Shown: one piece after another, positions 47,273-58,092 of the stretch
Layout: each line of letters opens with the position of its first letter
How positions within the stretch are numbered: position 1 is the stretch's first letter
IMG/VR virus record: IMGVR_UViG_3300030107_002115
Coordinates: 7,481-71,480 of that record
From: a virus
DNA: 64,000 bases
Reading direction: 5' to 3' (one strand)
The notes under the pieces: model-generated
Told to the model about the DNA's origin: nothing
The model's database searches: none
Seen by the model: only the letters and a program-made list of their open reading frames with translations
Translations under genes and position numbers: made by a program

Positions 47273-48376
47273 ATGGCAAGACAATCTAAGAAAATTTTAT
47301 CTACAAGAGCTAGGTCTTTAGCTGGAACAACTAGAGTTTCTACTAGTGAACGTAAACGTTTACAAAATGCCGTTAATAAGATGCAAAAAGAAATTGATGA
47401 TTTTAACGCTTCCATAGAAAAACGTAAAAAAGAAAAAGGTAGATGGGGTTGGGTTAGCGAGATTGGCGGTGTTCTTACTACTGTTGGAGCTGCGACTGGA
47501 AATCCAATAATTGCTGGTATTGGTTTAGGTGCTACCGCTATTGGATCAGCTAAAGAATATCAAAAAACAAAAGATTACGTTAGAGCTGCCGATAGGATAG
47601 AAACAGATCAAGCTAAAAAATTTGAAAAAAAATTATTTGTAGGTCAATCAGCTAAAGACGCAACTGCTGGTATGGAATCATATAAAGATGATGCTGCACA
47701 ATCTGCTGAAGATCAAAGAAAACTAGCATTTAAAGAAGGTTTGATGGATGTAGGTGCTGGTGTACTTCAAGCTGGACAAGCTGGAACATTTGGTGGTAAA
47801 ATGTCTAATTTTTTAAATAAACCTATTGCTTCATTTGAATCAACTGAAGGTATGTCTGATACAGGTAAGTTTTTAGTGCAACAAGCAAATCAAAATATGG
47901 GTTCTATTGGTAGTATTGGAACAGAAGCTTTAGGTGGTTATGGAGTAACTCCTTCAATACAACAAGGAATAGGTGCTAGGTTTGGAGAGAAAATACCGGG
48001 ATCAGCTAATTATACTGGTAAATCATTTAAATCTTTTGACTCTATTAAAATACCAAGAAATGATAGAAATATAGATAGAATGTTTAATCAAACTTTTACT
48101 GAAGAAAGTTTTAATACAGTTCCTAACGTTAATTTAAATATGCCAACTCAAGCAAGTTTAAATCGTATAAACAATCCAACATTTCAAACACTTACAGGTG
48201 GTGGAATTGAAAGTGCTGGTTCTTTTAAAAATGAACTTTTGAGAGATAAATATAAACAAAAAGCTTTAAGATCTGGCAATATTATAAAAAATTTCAATCC
48301 AGATGATGATGAATTTTTAGTGAAAAATTTATTAAACTGGAGAGATCGTGGGATAAGTTATGGGGGAAGTTATTAA
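47273..48376 (+). CDS. Putative ejection/pilot protein (phage B)
   Basis: Gly/Ala TM hairpin (IGGVLTTVGAATGNPIIAGIGLG), syntenic with 432..1799. Confidence 0.55.
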   Translation: MARQSKKILSTRARSLAGTTRVSTSERKRLQNAVNKMQKEIDDFNASIEKRKKEKGRWGWVSEIGGVLTTVGAATGNPIIAGIGLGATAIGSAKEYQKTKDYVRAADRIETDQAKKFEKKLFVGQSAKDATAGMESYKDDAAQSAEDQRKLAFKEGLMDVGAGVLQAGQAGTFGGKMSNFLNKPIASFESTEGMSDTGKFLVQQANQNMGSIGSIGTEALGGYGVTPSIQQGIGARFGEKIPGSANYTGKSFKSFDSIKIPRNDRNIDRMFNQTFTEESFNTVPNVNLNMPTQASLNRINNPTFQTLTGGGIESAGSFKNELLRDKYKQKALRSGNIIKNFNPDDDEFLVKNLLNWRDRGISYGGSY

Positions 48377-49503
48377 TGCCTGATAATAATGGATTAGAAG
48401 AATATAATCCTTATGATTATATAGATGCTATTACAGATGATTATGATAGTGATCAAGCTACACGTGATTTATACGGTCAAGATTTAAGTGAAAGTTTTTT
48501 AAATACAACTGATCCTTCAACTGGATTAACATATCGTGATTTAGTATTGCAATATGATCCTACTGGAGAACAAGAATTATATTCATCTTTTAAAGCTGGT
48601 GCTAAATCAGCATTATCTAGTACTATAGGAAGTATGGCTAACGTTAGAGGTCAAGAAAGAATACGTAGTGCTGGTACTGGTTTTGCTAAAGTTGGTGCAG
48701 GTTCTCAAATGTTAGAAGAAACAAGTCAAGACACTTCTAGTTTATACGGAGATGCTTTTTCAGGTGCTTTAATGGATTTAACTAGAGGTGTAACAAGACA
48801 AAGAGAAACGTATCAAGAAGATTTAGCTAGACAATTAGATGAATGGTCACAATCTCAAGATATATTTGCTGATAGTGGAGATGGAGACGGAACATTACCA
48901 CAAAATCAATGGTATGATGGAGATACATTAGAAGGTTCAGATGTTGAATTTCCCGTAGGTGTAGAAGATGGTGAACAATGGACACATCCCGAAACTGGAG
49001 ATACTTATGTTTGGAATGATGGTGGTGGCATAGATGGATACTGGTCTTTTTTAGATATTGACGATAGTCAAGATTTGTCTGTAAATGAATTTCCAACATA
49101 TACTTTTGATAATCCACCACCAGTAAATGAATTGGAAATATTATACGAGGGAGAAACATATACTTGGGATGGAACACAGTATGTAGATGACAATGGGAAT
49201 CCTTGGAGTGGTTATGGAGACATAGGTCAAGGTACTGGAGAAACTGGATCATACGAAGGTAATATTACACAAGGTGGTGAAGTTGGTAGTGATCCAACCG
49301 GACAACAACAATATCAAAATTTTCCAACTGGTCAAATGACAAATGTAGGAGAACCTTTTGATCCTTATACAAATATAGGAACTGTTATAGTTGTAGAGTC
49401 AGAACCTCCACGTACATTTATGTGGGATAATGAAAATAATATATATGTAGAGTATGATACAGAAGGAGCTGGACAACTTGGACAAACCGCACCAAATCAA
49501 TAG
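48376..49503 (+). CDS. Acidic internal virion protein (phage B)
   Basis: QYDP motif like QFDP in 1799..3451; three T(Y/F)xW(N/D) modules. Confidence 0.55.
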   Translation: MPDNNGLEEYNPYDYIDAITDDYDSDQATRDLYGQDLSESFLNTTDPSTGLTYRDLVLQYDPTGEQELYSSFKAGAKSALSSTIGSMANVRGQERIRSAGTGFAKVGAGSQMLEETSQDTSSLYGDAFSGALMDLTRGVTRQRETYQEDLARQLDEWSQSQDIFADSGDGDGTLPQNQWYDGDTLEGSDVEFPVGVEDGEQWTHPETGDTYVWNDGGGIDGYWSFLDIDDSQDLSVNEFPTYTFDNPPPVNELEILYEGETYTWDGTQYVDDNGNPWSGYGDIGQGTGETGSYEGNITQGGEVGSDPTGQQQYQNFPTGQMTNVGEPFDPYTNIGTVIVVESEPPRTFMWDNENNIYVEYDTEGAGQLGQTAPNQ

Positions 49504-49512
49504 GAATAAATA

Positions 49513-51318
49513 ATGGCTAGACCACAACCAAGAAGAACGTTATTAGATTTTGCAAACATAGAACGTGCAGATTATTCTCCTACAACAGCTGAAATAATAC
49601 AAGATACGTTAGGTACTGCTTTAGAAACAGCATCTAACGCTTATGTAAAATCAGTAGAAATAAAAAATCAATACGCATTAAAAGCAGCACAAGTTCAATT
49701 AGAAAGAGAAAGATTTAATGAATTAAAATTACAAAATGATGAAGCTAATAAATTCGCACAAGATAAAGTTATAAGGGGTTATGTAACTGGTGTTGTTGCT
49801 AGTAATGACGGTAAAAAAGCTTTTTTTGATAGTATAGACACTCTTCCTGAAGAAGAACAAAGTATATTAATAAATAAATACGATAAAGCAATACCAATTA
49901 ATAATCAATTGACAACATTAGAAACTGCGTTATCAACTTCTGGGAAAAATTTAAGTAATGCTGATTTAGAATATTTAAGTAATTTAAGAAAATACAATCA
50001 AATAAAACCAAGTGCTTTGTTTAGTGAGAAAAAAAATTCTATTTTAACAGATACATTTAAAGAATATAATAAAAATAAATCTTATTATGATTTAGTAAAT
50101 GATAAAGAAAAATTTGAAGCTATTTTTCCAAATGTTGATCACAATAAACTTGCTACAATAGAACCGGGGCAATTTAGTCAATATGTAATTACTGCATTAA
50201 GAGATGAGAATAAAGCAAAAATAGAAGCTGGACAAATAAATTTAAATAATTATTATAAATATGCAACTACATTAATAAATCAAATTCAAGCAAGAAATGA
50301 TATTGCAACTGATGATATGTCAAGTGATGCAATTAGAAAAGAAGCTCTTAAAGATATAAAAAAATATAATGAGGAACTTGATAAATTAAGAAAAACAATA
50401 TCTGATAAAATAAAACCATTAGGTAAACCAAGTGATGAAACAGGTGCTGGTGATGAAACAGGTGCTGGTGATGAAACAGGAACTTCTATTAAAACTGGTA
50501 ATAAAATATTAGACGATTTAAATATTTCAAAAAGTGAATTTGATTCGTTTTTTAAATACAGAGAAGATAATAATTTAACAAACAAATATAATCAAAATGA
50601 TGTAGTTAACTTTATAAAAAATCTTAGAGAAGAAAATGAAAATAATTTAATAAAAAAAGAAGATGCTTTTCCAGTTCCGTTTGGTAAAGATTCTATTCAA
50701 TATGATATTACTACCCCTGACTCTACTGTTGTTTCATCCCTTAGAGTTAAACAGCCTTCATTAGATAGGGAAGAAGAAAAAAAACAAATAAATAATGCAC
50801 TTGATGGAGTAAGTCCACTTGATGATAGTGTTAATAAAGCTGAAGCAGAATTTGTTACTGATCCACTTGCTAATCAAGACATTAATTTATTTCCATCTAC
50901 AAATGAAAGATTACTTAAAAGGCAAAATAAAATAAAACAACAATCAAATATAGTAGAAGAACCAACAAAACAAAATATTTTAGACGAGTGGGATGTTAAA
51001 GAAGCTCCTCAACAATTTAAGCAAAACACATCAAGAGTTTATAAGACTAGAGAAATATTATCTCAAATAAACACATTTAAAAACACTATTGAAAATCAAA
51101 ATTTAAGTCCTGAAAATTCTATAAGGATGCAAAAAGTATTAGCTAATAAACAAACTGAATTAAAACAATTACTTGTTCCTTATATATCTAGTGAAAACGG
51201 TTCTTTTAAAGATTCTAAATTTGACAAACAATTTTATTCATTACTTTCAAGACAAACAAAAATACCCGTAAACGAATTAAAGCAATTAATTTTATCAAAC
51301 GTTTCTTATAATATATAA
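49513..51318 (+). CDS. Putative ejection protein (phage B)
   Basis: 601 aa helical ORF, syntenic with 3462..4673. Confidence 0.55.
   Translation: MARPQPRRTLLDFANIERADYSPTTAEIIQDTLGTALETASNAYVKSVEIKNQYALKAAQVQLERERFNELKLQNDEANKFAQDKVIRGYVTGVVASNDGKKAFFDSIDTLPEEEQSILINKYDKAIPINNQLTTLETALSTSGKNLSNADLEYLSNLRKYNQIKPSALFSEKKNSILTDTFKEYNKNKSYYDLVNDKEKFEAIFPNVDHNKLATIEPGQFSQYVITALRDENKAKIEAGQINLNNYYKYATTLINQIQARNDIATDDMSSDAIRKEALKDIKKYNEELDKLRKTISDKIKPLGKPSDETGAGDETGAGDETGTSIKTGNKILDDLNISKSEFDSFFKYREDNNLTNKYNQNDVVNFIKNLREENENNLIKKEDAFPVPFGKDSIQYDITTPDSTVVSSLRVKQPSLDREEEKKQINNALDGVSPLDDSVNKAEAEFVTDPLANQDINLFPSTNERLLKRQNKIKQQSNIVEEPTKQNILDEWDVKEAPQQFKQNTSRVYKTREILSQINTFKNTIENQNLSPENSIRMQKVLANKQTELKQLLVPYISSENGSFKDSKFDKQFYSLLSRQTKIPVNELKQLILSNVSYNI
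50432..50480 (+). repeat. 18-bp tandem repeat (DETGAG x2.7)
   Basis: GTGATGAAACAGGTGCTG repeated. Confidence 0.9.
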
Positions 51319-51319
51319 A

Positions 51320-54300
51320 ATGTCAGAAAAAGTTGATTATAGTAGATTATTTAATGATCCCAACTTTGAATCTTTAAATAGCATAGATGTTAATAAGGTT
51401 GATTATAGTAGATTATTTAATGATCCTAATTTTGAATCTTTAAACGAACCAACTCAATTAGATGTTATTCCTTATGATGAAATTACAAGACAAGAAGAAA
51501 TATTAGAAGAAGAATTAAAACGTGATGCTGGTATTGTTGAAAGATTTTCTAGGAATTTTGTTGAGGGAATTTCCCCTATTCCTGTTGACATAACATCTAA
51601 TATTGCAGAATCAGATAGTTTTTCTGATAGAGCTGCTGCTATCTCAGGTCAAGTTTTAGGTTTCGGTACTGGATTATTTGCTACTGGTGGATTTTTAGGT
51701 GGTTTAAAAATTGTAGGTACTGGTGCAAAAGCTACATCAGCATTAGGTAAAGCGTCTAAAGGTTACAATACTGTAAGTAAACTACAAAAACAAGCAAAAG
51801 CAACTACTAACGTAAAAAGAAAAACAGATTTATTAAATAGAGCAAAAAAAATAGAAGATTATACTGATAAACAATTATCGGTAGCTGGAGTTGTAAAAGA
51901 TAATTCTTTACTTGGTAGATCAACTAATTATAGAAAACTTATTTCAAAAACTGGTGCTGGTGAATTTGAATTTACCAAGTTTATAGCTAAAAATAAATTA
52001 ATAAAAAAAATAGCTCCTATGACTGAGGGAGAATCAGCAATACGTACTGCTAACGCATTAGATACAGGTCTTACGAATATGGCAGCTTCAAGTATTATGT
52101 TTCAAAAAACAATACCTTTACGTGATGAAGATGGAGATTTTATAATAGGACAAAGAATTACTAAACCTTTATTAGATGGTATGTTAATGACAGCGGCTGG
52201 ATTACCACGTGTTTTTGGTATGGCTGGTTTAAATACGTTAAAAGGTTCAAGTTCAAAAGCGTTAGCAACTGAAGCTGGTTTAGTTTTTGCAACTGGAATG
52301 GGTGCAACGCAAATGGGTTTAGGTATTAACCAAGAAAATAAAGTAGGCTTTGCAGATAACTTAATGGATGGTGCAATATTTACAGCAGCTCATTACATTG
52401 GAGTTGGTGCTGATAAACTTAGAATAAAACAAGCAATACGTGAAGGTGTTGAATTTGCAGTAGAAGATAAAACTGTTGTTAATAAAATTGTAAAATCTAT
52501 GAAAGATAAAGAAATTGACGAAATTAGAGGTCTTATTAATACAAAAAGACCTCAATATTTACGTAATAGATTTATAAATAAAAAAGATAAAAATCAATTA
52601 GTTCAATTAAAAACAGTTAAGCAACAAAAATCTGGAAATCATACATTATCTTATATAGTATTAGATGATTCAAAAGGATTAGCGGATAATACATTTACAA
52701 TTACAGCAAAGACAAGACAAGATGCTTTAAATCAATTTTTTAGTAAATACAATTCTGTACTACCTAATGAAAAACTAATAGAAGCAGATTATTTAAAAAA
52801 GAATCCTAATATTTTAGATATAGGTAAAAAATTAAAAACAAGTAATCCTTCGCTTTATGCAGAACACGAAAAATTAGTTAAAACTATTAGAAGAAAAGAA
52901 GCTCTTTTTAATATATCTAAAAACGATTCTAGGAAATTAAGAACCGGAACTTTTAAATATTCACGTGGTTCTTTTGATAATATGAACGTAGAGCAATTAA
53001 CAACATATAATAATATGTTGAATAAGACTTCTAAATATAAATCATTAGAAAAAGCTACAAAGCAAAATCCTATTGCTCCTAAATTACCAGAAGAAAATTT
53101 TTTCACCAAGGGATTAACTGAAACAAAAGATAGAACAAATGAAAAAGCTTACTCATTTGAAAATGTTTTAATGACTTTTGGTAAACTAGGTCAAGAATTA
53201 GCAGCTAAAGTATTAGATCACGTAGGTACAAAAGCAGTAGTTAGAGGTCACTTTGGTAAGTTTTTTGAGGACTTAAGAAAAGATTTTAAAATTAAAAATA
53301 AAGATTTTGATGCAATAACAGGCGTACTTGGAGATAATAGAATTAAGTTACTTGTAAATGAAGATAAAATAAAGAATATTGCAGATGCTAAATTAATAGC
53401 AAAAAAAGCTAGGCGTTTTTTTGATGAGTCTTTTATAGAATCTGCAAGAGATGGCGTAGAAATAAAAACAAAGAAAAAAGAATTTGAACCTATATTAAGT
53501 ATTTTTGATACAAAAGGAAATCTTGTTAAAGTTTCTGATAAGTCTTTTGATAATGGTGATGTTTTAAAAATATTAAATAAAAAGAAAAGTTCAGTTATTA
53601 ATTCTAATGGTAAAAAAATAAACGTAGATGTAGATAAAAGTATAGAGAAGTCATTTTATATTAAAAATTATGTACCTAATTATTTATCTGAAGATGGTAA
53701 AAAGTTTTTTTCAATACCAAAAAATAAAAATTTAATTATAGCATCTTTAATTAAAAAAAATCCAGATTTAGATGAAGCAGAAATTAATTTTTTAGTAAGA
53801 AATATAACAAGATATTCTGATCCAAATCAAACTATAGGAATATTAGGTAAACGTAAACTTGATATACCTCCTTACGTATTAGTAGAAAAAAATACAAACA
53901 ATTTAATAGATTTATCTGATACTGTTAATGTATCTAACTTTAAACCTAATCAAGTTGTTACAGATATAGATGGTAGGCAAAAAGTTATTGGAAATATAAT
54001 TGAACTATATGAAAAAGATTTTTCAAAAATTTTAAATACGTACTCTAATCAAATTGCAAACGCAAGAGCTTTAGCTAGAAATTTTGATACTCTTGGAGCT
54101 AGAGGTGTTGTTGCTTCTGATTATTTAGAAAAAATAGAAGCTAAATACGGAAAAGATAACTCCCTTTATGTACAGAAAGGTTTAGATTTATCTTTAGGTG
54201 GTGAAAAAAGTTCAACTATAGGTACGTATGGAAATAAAGTTTCAAAAACTATAGCTAACTTATATCTATCTGGACCTAGTGCTGCTCTTAAAAACTTATT

Positions 54301-55825
54301 AACTGGTCAAACTCAAAACGTAATGACATTTGGAGTAAGGAAAACAGTTGCTGGACTTGTCAACTCTCTATATAATAATAAATTTTATGATAAATTATCA
54401 AAGCAATCCGGTGCTTTAAGTGATGAATACGTTGATGAATTAGCTTTAGGAATGAAAGGTAGAATTGGTAAAGCTGTTAACTGGCTTTCAGCACCATTTA
54501 GAGCTATTGAAAGATTAAATAGACGTGCATCAGTTGCTATTGGAGATTCCCAATTAAGAGATTCTTTTGACGTATTATTAAATAAAAAAGGAAACTTTTT
54601 TAATAATAAAAAAGATGCAACAAGAATGTTAAAAGGAGTGATGAAGTTAGATGATGAAAGTATAGACTATATGTTAAAACAACTAAGGGAAAACTCTTCA
54701 TATAAATCAGAAGCATTTAATCAACTAGTAAATACAAATAAAAGATTTAATTTTATGTATGAAAAAGCTCTTTTCCAAGCTCAGGGACAAACTCAGGGAG
54801 TAACCCAACTGCCATTTCTACCTCTTTGGATGTCGGAAAATAATAAAAAGTTCCTTACGTTATTTTATAGAACAGCTTATCGTGTAACTGAAAATACGTA
54901 TAATAGAGCAGTAGTTCCATTTATTAGAGATGGTAATCCTTTCCCTGCTATGAAATTTATAACAGCATCTGGTTTATCTGGAGCTGCTGTATATGATTTG
55001 TATTATAGAGGTGCAGTAGGTAAAGATTTAATAGATAAAAAATTTCAAGATACACCAGCAAGATTATTTGATTACGCAGTTAGAGGAGAAACCTTTGGTG
55101 TTTTCAGTAACTTACTTGATGATTATGGTGGTGGGGCAACATCATTAGCACCTGTACCTGTTCAATTTGGAATAGAATTTAAAAATTATATATTAAATAA
55201 TGTTGAAATGTTTGGTGACGCAGAAGCACATAAAAAGCTTGGAGTTGATTACGCTAGAAAAAACGTATCAGTAGCTAATCAAGTATATGAAATATATAGA
55301 AATTTAAATAACGATATAAATAAAAGATTTGAAAAACAAAAAAACTTACAATATAAGTTTGTAGATACCTATAAACAATTTGGAACAAAAAAAGAAAGAG
55401 ATAATCTTTTACAGTTATTAAACTCTGGAAAAACAAGCGAACAATTATTTTGGAATAAATTACTTTCAGAATCTTTAATAACTGGAGATAAAGAAAGGTT
55501 TAAAAAAGACTTTATAAAAACACGTGGTTATTTAGAACAAGATTTAGTAAAAGATTTAAACTTAAAAGGAAAAGAAGTAACATTAAGGCAATTAAGAAGT
55601 GAAACACATAAACGTATAAAAACTGCGTTAAAAAATAGAATAAGACCTTATCCCGAATCTTGGGATAAGTTTTATGCGGGTAAAAGACCTTCGGATAAAT
55701 TTAAAAAATTTTTAAACGCTGAAGATAAAAAAGAATTAGATTTTTTAATGAATAAATATAAAAGTTTAAACGATATTTTAGTTATCGTTATGAACGAAGA
55801 AGTAGATACGTTTTCTCCTTTCTAA
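51320..55825 (+). CDS. Large DNA ejection / internal virion protein (phage B)
   Basis: 1501 aa, syntenic with and distantly similar to 4673..8467. Confidence 0.65.
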   Translation: MSEKVDYSRLFNDPNFESLNSIDVNKVDYSRLFNDPNFESLNEPTQLDVIPYDEITRQEEILEEELKRDAGIVERFSRNFVEGISPIPVDITSNIAESDSFSDRAAAISGQVLGFGTGLFATGGFLGGLKIVGTGAKATSALGKASKGYNTVSKLQKQAKATTNVKRKTDLLNRAKKIEDYTDKQLSVAGVVKDNSLLGRSTNYRKLISKTGAGEFEFTKFIAKNKLIKKIAPMTEGESAIRTANALDTGLTNMAASSIMFQKTIPLRDEDGDFIIGQRITKPLLDGMLMTAAGLPRVFGMAGLNTLKGSSSKALATEAGLVFATGMGATQMGLGINQENKVGFADNLMDGAIFTAAHYIGVGADKLRIKQAIREGVEFAVEDKTVVNKIVKSMKDKEIDEIRGLINTKRPQYLRNRFINKKDKNQLVQLKTVKQQKSGNHTLSYIVLDDSKGLADNTFTITAKTRQDALNQFFSKYNSVLPNEKLIEADYLKKNPNILDIGKKLKTSNPSLYAEHEKLVKTIRRKEALFNISKNDSRKLRTGTFKYSRGSFDNMNVEQLTTYNNMLNKTSKYKSLEKATKQNPIAPKLPEENFFTKGLTETKDRTNEKAYSFENVLMTFGKLGQELAAKVLDHVGTKAVVRGHFGKFFEDLRKDFKIKNKDFDAITGVLGDNRIKLLVNEDKIKNIADAKLIAKKARRFFDESFIESARDGVEIKTKKKEFEPILSIFDTKGNLVKVSDKSFDNGDVLKILNKKKSSVINSNGKKINVDVDKSIEKSFYIKNYVPNYLSEDGKKFFSIPKNKNLIIASLIKKNPDLDEAEINFLVRNITRYSDPNQTIGILGKRKLDIPPYVLVEKNTNNLIDLSDTVNVSNFKPNQVVTDIDGRQKVIGNIIELYEKDFSKILNTYSNQIANARALARNFDTLGARGVVASDYLEKIEAKYGKDNSLYVQKGLDLSLGGEKSSTIGTYGNKVSKTIANLYLSGPSAALKNLLTGQTQNVMTFGVRKTVAGLVNSLYNNKFYDKLSKQSGALSDEYVDELALGMKGRIGKAVNWLSAPFRAIERLNRRASVAIGDSQLRDSFDVLLNKKGNFFNNKKDATRMLKGVMKLDDESIDYMLKQLRENSSYKSEAFNQLVNTNKRFNFMYEKALFQAQGQTQGVTQLPFLPLWMSENNKKFLTLFYRTAYRVTENTYNRAVVPFIRDGNPFPAMKFITASGLSGAAVYDLYYRGAVGKDLIDKKFQDTPARLFDYAVRGETFGVFSNLLDDYGGGATSLAPVPVQFGIEFKNYILNNVEMFGDAEAHKKLGVDYARKNVSVANQVYEIYRNLNNDINKRFEKQKNLQYKFVDTYKQFGTKKERDNLLQLLNSGKTSEQLFWNKLLSESLITGDKERFKKDFIKTRGYLEQDLVKDLNLKGKEVTLRQLRSETHKRIKTALKNRIRPYPESWDKFYAGKRPSDKFKKFLNAEDKKELDFLMNKYKSLNDILVIVMNEEVDTFSPF
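51329..51445 (+). repeat. 51-nt direct repeat (KVDYSRLFNDPNFESLN x2), period 66 nt
   Basis: Two copies differing only at synonymous sites. Confidence 0.9.
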
Positions 55826-55904
55826 TTTTTATTTTAGCCCACCCCCCAGCAGGTTTCCCAGCAGCAGCGGCAATCTGGTGAACGGGAAAAAAAATAATAA
55901 AAAA

Positions 55905-56324
55905 TTACGTAATATTAATAGTTTTTGATGCGTCTTTTAAATTTATATAACCAACAGTTTTATATATTAATTTTTTCTTTTCATTTAACATAGTACTTTT
56001 TGGGAGTTTTCTTTTTTCCCATTTAAAATCGTATTTTTCTTTTGTTAAATTGGTTATGTTAAATATAGCTATGCTTTTATTAAAACATACTACGTATATA
56101 AAATATTTACCTAATTGCTCTGCTTTCTTTAAATTTTTAAGTAATTTGTCTTTTTCTATGATACAATTTAAATATTTAAAGTCTCTTATTTTTATTTCAT
56201 ATAAATAATTTTTATCTTCTGCATCATATCTTGAAAATTTATTAGAAGCTAATTTAGCTTCTCTTTTAAACTTTTTATTTATACAATCTATAATATCTTG
56301 TTCTGTTTTACGTTTAACTTTCAT
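55905..56324 (-). CDS. PD-(D/E)XK nuclease-like protein
   Basis: SRYDA...YEIKIR...IEKDK. Confidence 0.6.
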   Translation of the reverse strand: MKVKRKTEQDIIDCINKKFKREAKLASNKFSRYDAEDKNYLYEIKIRDFKYLNCIIEKDKLLKNLKKAEQLGKYFIYVVCFNKSIAIFNITNLTKEKYDFKWEKRKLPKSTMLNEKKKLIYKTVGYINLKDASKTINIT

Positions 56325-56721
56325 CTTTATTTCCGTGTTGTTCTCTATGACATAAACAGCATAAAACTCTACATTTACTTACCTCTTTCATAATAGTTTT
56401 CCAACAATATGTTGCTTGACCAATCATATTACCTATTGTATATTTTTTAGTACTACTTAGTATGTGATGAAATTCTAAAGCATTAACAGAAAAATTTTTA
56501 TGTGTTTTTTTTGAATATCCACAGTATTCACAAGATAAACTTTCTTTATATTTTTTAAATTTTACTCTTACCTCTAATCTTTTTTTTGCTTTTCTACTAT
56601 TATAACATTTTTTACAAATACCTCTTCTATATGAAAGACCCGTAATTTTACTTTTTTTTGCATTTTTATGGTATTCATCTATATCTTTTTCTTCTAAACA
56701 TAAATTACATTTTTTTTTCAC
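56314..56721 (-). CDS. HNH endonuclease
   Basis: CEYCG...LEFHH...KCRVLCCLCHREQH with N-terminal Zn finger. Confidence 0.85.
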   Translation of the reverse strand: MKKKCNLCLEEKDIDEYHKNAKKSKITGLSYRRGICKKCYNSRKAKKRLEVRVKFKKYKESLSCEYCGYSKKTHKNFSVNALEFHHILSSTKKYTIGNMIGQATYCWKTIMKEVSKCRVLCCLCHREQHGNKDES

Positions 56722-56927
56722 GACATACTCTTTTTATATTTTGTTTGTTGATGTTTACTCATTTCAATCCAACACTTTTCAAGTTTGTTTATTCTAGTAT
56801 CTGATAAGCCACTCATAGCACCACAAAATGTAAACCTTTCCCAAGTATGTTTTTTAATTTTAGGATCGTATGTTGATTTTGTAGCAAATGCACACATACC
56901 TTTTTTTATTTTACAATTATCAAACAT
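56718..56927 (-). CDS. Cys-containing hypothetical protein
   Basis: C..C..CG..CW pattern. Confidence 0.55.
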   Translation of the reverse strand: MFDNCKIKKGMCAFATKSTYDPKIKKHTWERFTFCGAMSGLSDTRINKLEKCWIEMSKHQQTKYKKSMS

Positions 56928-57015
56928 TTAGGGTTACTCTTATTTTTTTATTTATCATAGGCTTTCTTTTTATTTACTTTTTCCTAGACTAACGCCAACC
57001 AATCTAGGAACATTT

Positions 57016-57312
57016 TTAATAAGAGCAACCCTTATTTTTAAAACATTTATCACATAATAATCTTTGTTTTCCTATTGATGGAAAGTCTGCATAATATTCA
57101 CAGCGTTCTTTTTTTGATTTAATAGTTTCCCATACCATTTTACAAGATGGGCAAAATTTTAATAATTTATCTGCTATTTTAGAATCCCATTTATGTACTC
57201 TTCTTATGAAGTTATCACGTATAAAAAAATTATCTTTTTTATATTTATAATTTGGGCATTTTGGAGGGTGGTTATGTGGTTTCATTATTTCTCTCTTAAT
57301 TAGATAAGCCAT
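57016..57312 (-). CDS. Zn-binding hypothetical protein
   Basis: CPSC.VWE...FPSIG...CDKC; related to 63254..63454. Confidence 0.55.
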   Translation of the reverse strand: MAYLIKREIMKPHNHPPKCPNYKYKKDNFFIRDNFIRRVHKWDSKIADKLLKFCPSCKMVWETIKSKKERCEYYADFPSIGKQRLLCDKCFKNKGCSY

Positions 57313-57351
57313 TACATATAAAATATAATGGCTTATCGTTGATCAACACAA

Positions 57352-57516
57352 TTAAAAAGGAACGTCTTGCTTTTCACTAATCTTTAAAGATAAATACTTA
57401 ACACCTTTTTTAGATTCGTTAGACCAAGCTGCAATTCTAAATTCCTTACCTTCTACGTTTATTTCTCCGCTCATATCAGGTTGTGTTTCTTTTTCTTTAT
57501 TTGCATCTTTATTCAT
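57352..57516 (-). CDS. Small DUF736-like ssDNA-binding protein (54 aa, not in ORF track)
   Basis: QPDMSGEINVEGKEFRIAAW...GVKYLSLKI..DVPF; AAGGAG RBS. Confidence 0.7.
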   Translation of the reverse strand: MNKDANKEKETQPDMSGEINVEGKEFRIAAWSNESKKGVKYLSLKISEKQDVPF

Positions 57517-57539
57517 TGTTTTTTGTTCTCCTTGTTTTT

Positions 57540-57896
57540 TTATATTAATTCTTCATCTGTATTATGTTTAATTAAACTTAATAATAAAAGGTAACGATCT
57601 AGTGATAGTGAAATCATAGGTTTCATTCTATCTCCACGAAATACAACACCTATCTCTTCTTTTTCGGGTAATATGTATCTAGGTACTGATTTTTTTCTTT
57701 TACAACCATAAAAATGTCCTTCAATTTCAACATCGCCTTTTTCGTGATTAGCACCACCTCTATCTCTATTAAATGAAATTAAATTATATTCATTACAAAG
57801 ACGTACAGTTTCACGTTGTAATTCAGCACCTCTTTGTCTATTTCTTCTACCTTGCCTAACTTTAGTCGCAGACTTCACATTTCGCTTTGTTTTCAT
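57540..57896 (-). CDS. Holliday junction resolvase-like protein
   Basis: RNRQRGAELQRE...GDV...CKR; position equivalent to 11916..12245. Confidence 0.6.
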   Translation of the reverse strand: MKTKRNVKSATKVRQGRRNRQRGAELQRETVRLCNEYNLISFNRDRGGANHEKGDVEIEGHFYGCKRKKSVPRYILPEKEEIGVVFRGDRMKPMISLSLDRYLLLLSLIKHNTDEELI

Positions 57897-58092
57897 AACT
57901 TTCCTCCGTTACAGTTTTATTATCTATATTAGATTTAAGCAATATTTCATTATCTATATCTTTTAATATTGGTGTTAAATTATTAAACATTTTTAACTCA
58001 TCTTCAGATCGGTGTTGTTTGTTGCTTAATATCTTGTGATAAACCCTTAAACAATCCAAGATCACTTCCGTTTTTTTCTTGTTTAGTTTCAT
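57862..58092 (-). CDS. Hypothetical protein
   Basis: GGAG RBS, C-terminal CEVCD. Confidence 0.45.
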   Translation of the reverse strand: MKLNKKKTEVILDCLRVYHKILSNKQHRSEDELKMFNNLTPILKDIDNEILLKSNIDNKTVTEESYENKAKCEVCD

